Assembly: GCA_963711165.1 (NCBI GenBank)
Contig: CAVQDG010000052.1
Coordinates: forward strand, 52,927 to 76,926
DNA length: 24,000 nucleotides
Reading direction: 5' to 3'
DNA from: an uncultured cyanobacterium
GTDB taxonomy: Bacteria > Cyanobacteriota > Cyanobacteriia > Cyanobacteriales > PCC-9333
Numbering within the stretch: the first letter of the stretch is position 1; the number at the start of each line of letters is the position of its first letter. Below are positions 1 through 7,562 of the stretch, in pieces. The position numbers and the translations under genes are program-made. The notes under the pieces were generated by a model. That model worked only from the letters and a program-made list of their open reading frames with translations, had not been told where the DNA came from and did no database searches.

Positions 1-1
1 A

Positions 2-1036
2 CCACCTATACCAGTGCTAGTATTTACTGCTCATCAAAGTTTTGCAGACCGAGTAAAAGTAGCAAAACTGGGTGGTAAGGGATTTTTACAAAAACCAGTA
101 TTTCCTGCTCAAGTAATGGAAGCGATCGCTCAAATTATACAACAAGCCAATACCTTAGAAGCTCAACTCTTAATTGTAGATGACGATCCACAATTATTAA
201 ATTATTTACATAGTTTACTAACACCTTGGGGCTTTCAGATAAGTTTACTAGATGACCCGCGACAATTTTGGGAAATTTTAGAGCAATCTAATCCAGATTT
301 AATAATTTTAGATGTAGCTATGCCACATATTAGTGGTATTGAACTTTGTCAAGTTGTACGCAACGATCCACGCTGGAGTAATTTACCCATACTATTTTTA
401 TCTGCTCATACTGATGAGCAAACCATTGAACAGGTATTTGCAGCAGGTGCAGATGATTATGTCAGTAAACCCATTAGGGCAGTCGAGCTAATTGCACGAA
501 TACTAAATAGATTAGAACGGACACAGATATTACGTCAATTGGCAGAAATTGATCCCTTAACTAAACTAAGTAATCGTCGCAAATCTTTCCAAGACTTGAC
601 TCGTTTGTTACATTTGTCAACACGGCAAAATCAACCTTTATCATTTGCTTTAATAGATTTAGATCATTTTAAACAAGTCAACGATCAACATGGACATGAC
701 ATGGGCGATAAAGTACTTAGTTGGTTTGGACAAATTTTAAAACATTCATTCCGTAATGAAGATGTCGTAGCACGTTGGGGAGGCGAGGAATTTATTATTG
801 GTTTATACGGAAGTACCAAGCAACAGAGCGTAGAGAAACTTACAGACTTACTAAAAATTGTCAATCACAAAAAATTTATAGATGCAAATAAAACAAAATT
901 TCATGTTACATTCAGCGCAGGTATAGCAGAATCTTCTGAAGATGGCTATGATATCCAAAGTATGTATCGTGCTGCTGATGCAGCTTTGTATCAAGCCAAA
1001 GCAGGTGGACGCAATCAAATATTTACCGCATCATAA
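2..1036 (+). CDS. Response regulator, (REC-)REC-GGDEF diguanylate cyclase; 5' end cut by the window edge
   Basis: The frame is open from nt 2 (PPIPVLVFTAHQ...LQKP, the C-terminal half of a receiver domain), so the GTG at 14 in the ORF track is not the true start. A second complete receiver follows (LLIVDDDP...LIILDVAMP...YVSKP). The GGDEF domain has an intact GGEEF active site and an RxxD I-site (RNED) 5 residues upstream. Stop TAA at 1034-1036. Confidence 0.9.
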   Translation, partial: PPIPVLVFTAHQSFADRVKVAKLGGKGFLQKPVFPAQVMEAIAQIIQQANTLEAQLLIVDDDPQLLNYLHSLLTPWGFQISLLDDPRQFWEILEQSNPDLIILDVAMPHISGIELCQVVRNDPRWSNLPILFLSAHTDEQTIEQVFAAGADDYVSKPIRAVELIARILNRLERTQILRQLAEIDPLTKLSNRRKSFQDLTRLLHLSTRQNQPLSFALIDLDHFKQVNDQHGHDMGDKVLSWFGQILKHSFRNEDVVARWGGEEFIIGLYGSTKQQSVEKLTDLLKIVNHKKFIDANKTKFHVTFSAGIAESSEDGYDIQSMYRAADAALYQAKAGGRNQIFTAS

Positions 1037-1141
1037 TATTTGTTGTACTTATTAGCCGTGAAAAATGGCTAGATTCACCGAGTTTTTAGGAATTTTCTCA
1101 AAATTTGTCATAAAGTTTTTCAATTCACAAGGAAATAGCTA

Positions 1142-1543
1142 ATGAAACCTGAAGAAAATACCCCAGAAAACAAAATTTCATCTTGTCCAGAACAAACTCA
1201 AACATATCCATCTCCTCAATCAAACTATTTATATCAACAACAATTACAACTCCAACTCCAAGAAATCTGGAAAAAAAATAAACATACATATAATTCACGT
1301 CTAGAAGTGGTTGAGCAAGCGAGCCAAGCTTTAATCAATGGTAATCTTAGTCCAGAATTAAGAGAAGATGCTGTTATGCAAGTTCATACTATCAAAGGCT
1401 CTTTAGGAAGTTTAGGAATGGATAAAGCTTGTTCAATTTCTCAAGAAATTCAATATTTATTTGAAAAAGCAATTGTATTAACACCGATGGAATTAGAAAA
1501 TTTACAGAAATTGGTTATAGCCTTAAAAACAGAACTGCGATAA
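1142..1543 (+). CDS. Hpt (histidine phosphotransfer) domain protein
   Basis: 133 aa. It carries the Hpt signature HxxKG (VHTIKGSLGSLG) in a helical context, with a Q-rich N-terminus. It lies 105 nt downstream of the REC-GGDEF gene on the same strand, and an AAGGA-like RBS sits upstream of the ATG. Confidence 0.78.
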   Translation: MKPEENTPENKISSCPEQTQTYPSPQSNYLYQQQLQLQLQEIWKKNKHTYNSRLEVVEQASQALINGNLSPELREDAVMQVHTIKGSLGSLGMDKACSISQEIQYLFEKAIVLTPMELENLQKLVIALKTELR

Positions 1544-1594
1544 TTGCAGAAATTAGCGTTAAAGTGAGAAAATGTTGTAACAATTTAGCAATGT

Positions 1595-3388
1595 ATGCCT
1601 GGTAAGTTACCAAAAAAGCCGCAACAACCTGAATCAGTGTATCCGTTGCAGCGTTTAATTGACTATGGACGCGGTTATCGTGTACAAATATATCAAGCGA
1701 TCGCTTGCTCGATCTTAAACAAAATTTTTGACCTTGCGCCACCTGCTTTAATTGGGGCGGCAGTGGATGTAGTAGTCAAGCGACAAGACTCCCTAATTGC
1801 TCAATTAGGTGTTAAGGATGTTTTTCAGCAATTAGTCATTCTTTCTTTCCTCAGCTTGATTATATGGGGTCTAGAATCAGTATTTGAATATGCTTATGCC
1901 CGACTTTGGCGCAATTTAGCTCAAAATATTCAGCACAATTTACGCTTAGATGCTTACTCCCACCTGCAAGAGTTAGAATTAGCTTACTTTGAGGAACGAA
2001 GTACAGGCGGTTTGATGTCGATTCTGAGCGACGATATCAACCAATTAGAACGCTTTTTAGATATCGGCGCAAATGAAGTTATTCAAGTATCTACCACAGT
2101 TATAGTAATTGGTGGTGCATTCTTTATTTTGGCTCCTGGTGTCGCGTGGTGGGCGATGCTACCGATGCCTTTTATTTTATGGGGTTCGATTGCTTTCCAA
2201 AAACGCCTTGCTCCTTATTATGCCGAAGTACGGGAAAAAGTAAGTTTACTTAATAGTCGTTTTAACAATAATTTAAGTGGAATTACGACAATTAAAAGTT
2301 TTACTACTGAATTTTATGAGCAAGACCGGATTAGATTAGATAGTGAAGCTTATAGACAGAGTAACAGAAGAGCGATCGCACTTAGTGCTGCTTTTGTCCC
2401 TTTAATTCGCATTATTATTTTATTCGGGTTTACAGCAACCTTACTTTTAGGTGGAATGGATGCAGTTGCAGGGAGAATGTCTGTAGGTACTTACAGCGTG
2501 TTAGTCTTCCTTACCCAAAGGTTACTATGGCCGTTGACACGATTAGGTGATACTTTGGATCAGTATCAACGTGCAATGGCATCTACAAATCGAGTATTTA
2601 AGTTATTAGATACTCCCATTACTATCCACTCAGGACATTTATCACTACCTGCGGTACGCGGTGAAGTGGAATTAAATAATGTTACCTTTGCATACCTTGG
2701 TAGAGAGACAGTGATAAATAATCTCTCACTGTCTATTCCTGCGGGTAAAACTATTGCAATTGTTGGTTCTACTGGTTCTGGAAAGAGTACGCTAGTAAAA
2801 TTATTACTAAGATTGTACGAAATAGAGCAGGGAACTATCACCCTTGATGGTGTGAATATTCAGGATTTGCGATTACAAGATTTACGCCGTGCGATTGGTT
2901 TAGTTAGTCAGGATGTATTTTTATTTCATGGCACAGTAATCGAAAATATTATCTATGGTACTCCTGATGCTACATTACCTGAAGCGATCGCCGCCGCAAA
3001 AGTAGCTGAGGCACACGAATTTATTATCAATTTACCTAACGGCTATGACACGATTGTAGGCGAACGCGGGCAGAAATTATCAGGGGGACAACGACAAAGA
3101 ATAGCGATTGCGCGGGCGGTTTTGAAAAATCCACCGATTTTGATTTTAGATGAAGCGACATCGGCGGTAGATAATGAGACAGAAGCAGCTATACAGCGAT
3201 CGCTCGAACATATTACAATTAATCGGACAACAATTGCGATCGCGCACCGTCTATCTACTATCCGCAATGCTGATTGTATTTATGTCATGGAGCAAGGAAA
3301 ACTGGTAGAATCTGGACGACACGAAGAACTCTTAGAGCAAAATAAACTATATGCTAGTCTGTGGCGTGTCCAGTCAGGTATAAAATAA
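1595..3388 (+). CDS. ABC exporter, fused transmembrane domain plus ATPase (MsbA/MdlB-type)
   Basis: 597 aa. The N-terminal half has about 6 hydrophobic helices. The C-terminal NBD has Walker [10 protein letters not shown], signature [14 protein letters not shown], Walker [13 protein letters not shown] and the H-loop IAHRLS. Confidence 0.93.
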   Translation: MPGKLPKKPQQPESVYPLQRLIDYGRGYRVQIYQAIACSILNKIFDLAPPALIGAAVDVVVKRQDSLIAQLGVKDVFQQLVILSFLSLIIWGLESVFEYAYARLWRNLAQNIQHNLRLDAYSHLQELELAYFEERSTGGLMSILSDDINQLERFLDIGANEVIQVSTTVIVIGGAFFILAPGVAWWAMLPMPFILWGSIAFQKRLAPYYAEVREKVSLLNSRFNNNLSGITTIKSFTTEFYEQDRIRLDSEAYRQSNRRAIALSAAFVPLIRIIILFGFTATLLLGGMDAVAGRMSVGTYSVLVFLTQRLLWPLTRLGDTLDQYQRAMASTNRVFKLLDTPITIHSGHLSLPAVRGEVELNNVTFAYLGRETVINNLSLSIPAGKTIAIVGSTGSGKSTLVKLLLRLYEIEQGTITLDGVNIQDLRLQDLRRAIGLVSQDVFLFHGTVIENIIYGTPDATLPEAIAAAKVAEAHEFIINLPNGYDTIVGERGQKLSGGQRQRIAIARAVLKNPPILILDEATSAVDNETEAAIQRSLEHITINRTTIAIAHRLSTIRNADCIYVMEQGKLVESGRHEELLEQNKLYASLWRVQSGIK

Positions 3389-3409
3389 ACAATGACTTTA
3401 ATTATTGGT

Positions 3410-3502
3410 AGGATGGGTAGAGCGTAAGCGTTCGCGTAGCGTTTCCGAAGGAAATAACCCATCAAACCCATATTAATGTTGGGTTTTGTTCCTCAACCCA
3501 AC
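3410..3502. repeat. Structured intergenic repeat cluster downstream of the ABC exporter (possible terminator region)
   Basis: Short inverted repeats are visible: gatgggt (approx 3412-3418) pairs with acccatc (approx 3458-3464); tttcc-gaa-ggaaa lies at approx 3442-3454; and hairpin gttgggtt(3478-3485)-ttgttcctc-aacccaac(3495-3502). The cluster starts about 20 nt after the stop at 3388. Confidence 0.55.
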
Positions 3503-3513
3503 CTACATCTACT

Positions 3514-3535
3514 GATAATTGATAATTGATAATTG
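3514..3535. repeat. Tandem heptamer tract (GATAATT)x3
   Basis: The sequence gataattgataattgataattg runs directly into the TTG(3533)/ATG(3539) start region of the next ORF. Confidence 0.85.
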
Positions 3536-3976
3536 AAAATGATATTTGGTAGCACACCACCGGAAACTAAAGATAATCGCTGGAAACGCCAGTTAGATTT
3601 ATTTGTTAAAGAAAACAAACAAGAATTAGCTGCACTTTCATGGGGATTGTGGTTAGAAAATCAAGATACTCAAGGAACTATTGGTATTAACTTAAAACCC
3701 ACACCACGCTTTGTATATTGCCCAAAATCAGCAATAGAGGCACTTAATAATAACGTTGAAAACAAACTTCAAGAAATTTTAGGATTAGTAGATGCACATA
3801 ATCCTGAAAAAGAAGTTCTAATGATTGGAATTGGCGAAGATCAAATTAAGCTAATTAACTTTGAGCCAGAAATTGCACCACCTACTTGTTATGAGCAAGC
3901 TGCAACTGATGTTTATACATTATTAGATCAATTAGAGCAACGTTTGAGTCAACAAATAGAGACGGTAAAAAATTAA
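3533..3976 (+). CDS. Hypothetical protein (about 145-147 aa), no recognisable domain
   Basis: This is the only long ORF in the interval. It looks soluble with an acidic C-terminal helix. The start is ambiguous: TTG at 3533 or ATG at 3539 (MIFGS...). I recognise no catalytic motifs. Confidence 0.55.
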   Translation: MKMIFGSTPPETKDNRWKRQLDLFVKENKQELAALSWGLWLENQDTQGTIGINLKPTPRFVYCPKSAIEALNNNVENKLQEILGLVDAHNPEKEVLMIGIGEDQIKLINFEPEIAPPTCYEQAATDVYTLLDQLEQRLSQQIETVKN

Positions 3977-4044
3977 TGTAAATTAGTCCAGTAGCTCATT
4001 TACGATCAAAACAAATATTTACATATAGCAATTTTCAGTCAATT

Positions 4045-4132
4045 GAGGTACAAAGTTAAAAAAATATTGTAGTGCGAGCATCTTGCTCGCTATATATTTC
4101 TAGCGAGCAAGATGCTCGCACTCCTGTACCTC
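4045..4132. repeat. Nested perfect inverted repeat (long hairpin) in a convergent intergenic region; possible bidirectional terminator or dispersed palindromic element
   Basis: The inner arms agtgcgagcatcttgctcgct (4071-4091) and agcgagcaagatgctcgcact (4102-4122) are exact reverse complements (21 bp, 10-nt AT loop). The outer arms gaggtaca (4045-4052) and tgtacctc (4125-4132) are also complementary. A further 8-bp inverted repeat, gggcgggt (4156-4163) / acccgccc (4205-4212), follows. Confidence 0.8.
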
Positions 4133-4225
4133 ATAAAGCCAGAAAACTGCTATATGGGCGGGTAAAACCTGCGATATCTGTAAGTAAGCGGATTTCCTCT
4201 GGCAACCCGCCCCTACAAAATTATG

Positions 4226-6238
4226 CTAAAAGCTAACTGATGAAGCAACATTTAACGGCAAAATAACTGTAAATGTTGTACCTACGCCAACCTCGCTATT
4301 AAATGTAATCTCACCTCCAGATAAATCCACCATCCGCTTAACAATAGACAATCCCAATCCAGTGCCTTGAATATTACCGACATTACTGGCGCGATGGAAT
4401 GATTCAAACAATTTTTCTTGGGATTCTTCAGGAATACCTATTCCATAGTCTTTTACTTGAAAAATTGCTTGCAAGTTTTGACAAGTTAGTAACAATTCAA
4501 CAATCCCTCCATTAGGAGAATACTTAATAGCATTTCCTAGTAAATTAGTTAGAATATGCAGGAGATTTTTTTCATCCATGACTGCATTTGTACATTCTCC
4601 TGTATTTGTAAAAACAATCTCATAATTATTACCAGTACTCAGTTTTATTTCGTTAACTACCTCAGAACAAAACTTTTGTAAATCCACCGCCGTTGGGTTT
4701 AACTCTAATTTCCCAGATTCAGATTTATTGATTGTTAAAATATCATCTAACAACCCAGTCATTCTGGTAGTTGCTGTTTCAATTTGCCCAAACAGTGAAG
4801 TCTTTTCTGATTCCGGTAACTTGTGTGAGTAGTATTTTAGTAACTCCGCAGAAGATAATATTGTTGCTAAAGGAGTCCGAAATTCATGGGAAGTTAAGGT
4901 AATAAAGCGAGACTTTAATTCATTAAGTTCCTTCTCCCTATTTAAAGCATTAATAATTTCCGTTTCTGCTTGCTTACGAGCAGTAATGTCTTGAAAGTTT
5001 AAGATAATGTAAAGAGTTTTTCCAGTATGATCCTTGACATTAGTAGCATCTATGAATACAGGAAAAATAGTTCCATCTTTACGGATGTGTAGGTTTTCAA
5101 GCATATATCTGTCATTAACCATAGCAAGACGAAAGTGTTCTGGGAAGCTAGGCAAAGCACTCGGAGCAAGCACCGTACTGAGGGAACATCCAGAAAGTTC
5201 TTCTACTGTATATCCGTGCATCGCAGCGAATGCGGGATTTATGATTTCTAAAACTTCACTACCTGGACTATTAACAACTAATCCTTGTCCGGTATGTTGA
5301 AAAATATCTGCCCACTGGCGTAACTTTCGCTCATATTCTTTGCGCTGGCTAATATCGAGGACGAAGCAGACACCTGTATCTGTTAATCCTTCTAATCTAC
5401 TTCCACCAATAAGAATAGGAACTCGGCTCCCATCAGAGCGAATCACTTCTTTTTCGTAGGGAGTAGCAACCCCAGTTTCAGCTATTTCATCAAGGGCTTT
5501 TTTATCTAAAGATAAATATTCTGGCGGAGTAAATTCCAACCAAGATAATTCTTTTATAAGTAAGTCATTTCGAGAATAGCCTAGTATTTTAAGAAAGGCA
5601 TCATTAACTTCTAAAACTTCTCCACCAATCTTCCAAAACAATATCCCGATCATATTTGAATCAAATATGCGGCGGAATCGAGCGGAATTTTCTTGCAAAG
5701 CTTCTTCAATTTGTTGGCGACGAATAATTTCTTGTTCTAACTTATTTACTGCATCCGTTAATTCAGAGGTGCGCGACTCCACTCGTTGTTCAAGGTCTTG
5801 TTTAATTTCTGTTAACTCCTGGTTTAATTCTTTAAGTTGTTGGTTAGCAATTTCTATTTGTTTCGGACTAGGTAACTCAAGTGCTTGGGGAATTAAGGGA
5901 AAAAGCCTGATAGCAGTATACACAGAAATTATTGCCGTCAATAATTTTACCGCTCCACTAAACCAGTAGTTAGGATGCCATAGTGTCCAAACTTCTATAA
6001 AGTGAGTAGTCCCGCAAGCAATAATGAATGCTCCGAATAAAAGAAATATCCAGTTAAATACTAAATCTTCCCTTTTGCGGACAAAATATATTAAAGTTGG
6101 AGGAATGACATAATATGCCAATCCAATCATAGAATCTGACACAATATGGAGGGCTACTAAGTTTGGTTTCCATAAATAGCAGTATCCATGTGGCATGAAA
6201 GGATTATTAGATATCAGACTTAATTCTGACAACATCAA
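4226..6238 (-). CDS. Membrane sensor histidine kinase: ETR1-like (ethylene-binding-domain-like) N-terminus, coiled coil, 2 PAS, HisKA, HATPase_c
   Basis: 670 aa. Three N-terminal TM helices carry the SD..AY..IP..LIYFV...FGAFIIACGTTH motif. A coiled coil (QQLKELNQELTEIKQDLEQ) and two PAS-like segments follow. Then come the H-box LTSHEFRTPL, the N-box LLGNAIKYSP, the G1 box DYGIGIP and the G2 box GTGLGLSIV. Confidence 0.92.
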   Translation of the reverse strand: MMLSELSLISNNPFMPHGYCYLWKPNLVALHIVSDSMIGLAYYVIPPTLIYFVRKREDLVFNWIFLLFGAFIIACGTTHFIEVWTLWHPNYWFSGAVKLLTAIISVYTAIRLFPLIPQALELPSPKQIEIANQQLKELNQELTEIKQDLEQRVESRTSELTDAVNKLEQEIIRRQQIEEALQENSARFRRIFDSNMIGILFWKIGGEVLEVNDAFLKILGYSRNDLLIKELSWLEFTPPEYLSLDKKALDEIAETGVATPYEKEVIRSDGSRVPILIGGSRLEGLTDTGVCFVLDISQRKEYERKLRQWADIFQHTGQGLVVNSPGSEVLEIINPAFAAMHGYTVEELSGCSLSTVLAPSALPSFPEHFRLAMVNDRYMLENLHIRKDGTIFPVFIDATNVKDHTGKTLYIILNFQDITARKQAETEIINALNREKELNELKSRFITLTSHEFRTPLATILSSAELLKYYSHKLPESEKTSLFGQIETATTRMTGLLDDILTINKSESGKLELNPTAVDLQKFCSEVVNEIKLSTGNNYEIVFTNTGECTNAVMDEKNLLHILTNLLGNAIKYSPNGGIVELLLTCQNLQAIFQVKDYGIGIPEESQEKLFESFHRASNVGNIQGTGLGLSIVKRMVDLSGGEITFNSEVGVGTTFTVILPLNVASSVSF

Positions 6239-6425
6239 GTTTTCCTCATTTATATCAGTTAGCTTATTAGCAGTTAGCTTTTTATTCTACTTGCTAGTTC
6301 AATAGTTAGGTTATATAATTTTGTTATCAAGCTTTACCATGTCAATGTTATGAAACCTATTACATATTTATAAAATCGCTGATTTGCTTGATAAATCTGC
6401 CCATAGAGTAACACAAATTCTACTT

Positions 6426-6556
6426 TCTCAGGACTTACGCAGAAATCCCCCTAAATCCCCCTTAAAAAGGGGGACTTTGAATTCTCCCCCCCCTTAAAAA
6501 AGGGGGGTAGGGGGGGATCAAGGTTTCAGACTTTCGGTGTGTAAGTCCTATCTCTG
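6426..6556. mobile_element. MITE-like small dispersed repeat with terminal inverted repeats and internal G/C hairpins
   Basis: The ends aggacttacgc (6430-6440) and gtgtaagtcct (6539-6549) are inverted (9 bp exact: aggacttac/gtaagtcct). Internal hairpins are tccccc-ttaaaaa-ggggga (6456-6474) and C8-ttaaaaaa-G6 (6486-6507), followed by a G7 run (6511-6517). The element has no coding capacity. Confidence 0.6.
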
Positions 6557-6575
6557 AAAGAGGTAATAAATGCTA

Positions 6576-7490
6576 TTAATGTGATGATTTAGCGAATTGA
6601 ATAATATGTTGAGTAGTAATTTGTGGTTTTTCTAAATGAGGAACATGACCACAATCTTTAATCCAAATTAAGTGAGAATTGGGTATAGCTTGCTGAAACT
6701 TATTAGCATCTGCAATACCTAAGATGCGATCGCGTTCTCCCCACAAAATCATTGTATCTTGTGAAATGTGTGCTAACTTGTTAGCAAAAGAGCTATAACC
6801 ACCACTTTTGGTAAAAGCAATTAAAGCTTGGTTCCAATTAGACATTTCTAAGTGGAGTGCTGCACAAATCTGAGCGTCTAAGGAAACAAAGCTTTGGTCG
6901 TGATAAGCAGTTTCGCTGACTTTTTTTCTAACTTTAGGGCTGCGTAAAAATGAAGTAGCTAAGTATCCTAGAGGTGGAAATAAAAATTTACTTAAAGCTG
7001 AACCACCTTTAAAGCCCGCACTATCAATCAATACTAGCTTTTTAACTGCCTCTGGATAAGTTAAAGTAAAGTCAATTGCTGCTGCACCTCCCATCGAAGC
7101 ACCTACTAAAATTACAGGCTGCTGAATTAAGGTTTTCCAAAAATAGTAGAGATGTGTCTTAATAGCTGTAGGGCTAAATGGAATACCTGCGAGTCTTTCG
7201 GTAAATCCAAAACCGAGTAAATCTAATGCCCATGTTTCGTTGTCGGTAGCAAGCAAAGGTAAGAGGCGACGGAACTCAAACAGAGAGCTATCAAAGCCGT
7301 GTAGTAAGACGATAGGCGTTCCACCACTACCCTGATTAATATAGGTAGTGGGAATGGGTGTGAGGCTTAAGGAAGTGGCGATCGCTTCACGTTGAATACC
7401 TTGTGCCAGAGCAATTGAAGTAGGTTCTGTAAGCTGTTCAACTAACGCAGGCAGAAAATTAGCAAACATGGATTTTGATTGATTGGTCAT
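6576..7490 (-). CDS. Alpha/beta-fold hydrolase
   Basis: 304 aa. It has the HG oxyanion motif (LLHGFDSS), the nucleophile elbow GASMGG (GxSxG) and a C-terminal catalytic His context (DCGHVPHLEKP). Confidence 0.88.
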   Translation of the reverse strand: MTNQSKSMFANFLPALVEQLTEPTSIALAQGIQREAIATSLSLTPIPTTYINQGSGGTPIVLLHGFDSSLFEFRRLLPLLATDNETWALDLLGFGFTERLAGIPFSPTAIKTHLYYFWKTLIQQPVILVGASMGGAAAIDFTLTYPEAVKKLVLIDSAGFKGGSALSKFLFPPLGYLATSFLRSPKVRKKVSETAYHDQSFVSLDAQICAALHLEMSNWNQALIAFTKSGGYSSFANKLAHISQDTMILWGERDRILGIADANKFQQAIPNSHLIWIKDCGHVPHLEKPQITTQHIIQFAKSSH

Positions 7491-7496
7491 TTGTCA

Positions 7497-7515
7497 AGAG
7501 AGGAGAGAGGAGGGA
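7497..7515. repeat. Tandem heptamer tract (AGAGAGG)x2 plus a partial unit
   Basis: The sequence agagaggagagaggaggga lies immediately upstream of the hydrolase start codon (gene on the minus strand). Confidence 0.7.
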
Positions 7516-7532
7516 AATGGTGTTGCGTCATT

Positions 7533-7561
7533 GTTAATTGATAATTGATAATTGATAATTG
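7533..7561. repeat. Tandem heptamer tract GTTAATT(GATAATT)x3
   Basis: The sequence gttaattgataattgataattgataattg ends 1 nt from the stop codon of the ABC ATPase gene (7563-7565, minus strand). Confidence 0.85.
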
Positions 7562-7562
7562 T

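Noticed and set aside
1515-3471. Minus-strand ORFs 1515-1742, 2566-2841, 3043-3267 and 3280-3471
   Set aside because: All are antisense to, or overlap the ends of, the Hpt and ABC exporter genes or the repeat region. None has a recognisable motif. I treat them as shadow ORFs.
5034-5969. Plus-strand ORFs 5034-5300 and 5667-5969
   Set aside because: They are antisense to the histidine kinase gene, and their translations are Ser/Cys/Arg-rich, as is typical of reverse-frame reading.
6456-6517. GC-rich palindromes here, and at 9003-9060 and 12111-12137, considered as a CRISPR array
   Set aside because: The units are self-complementary hairpins of differing sequence. They are not direct repeats of constant length, they lack unique spacers and they are scattered kilobases apart.
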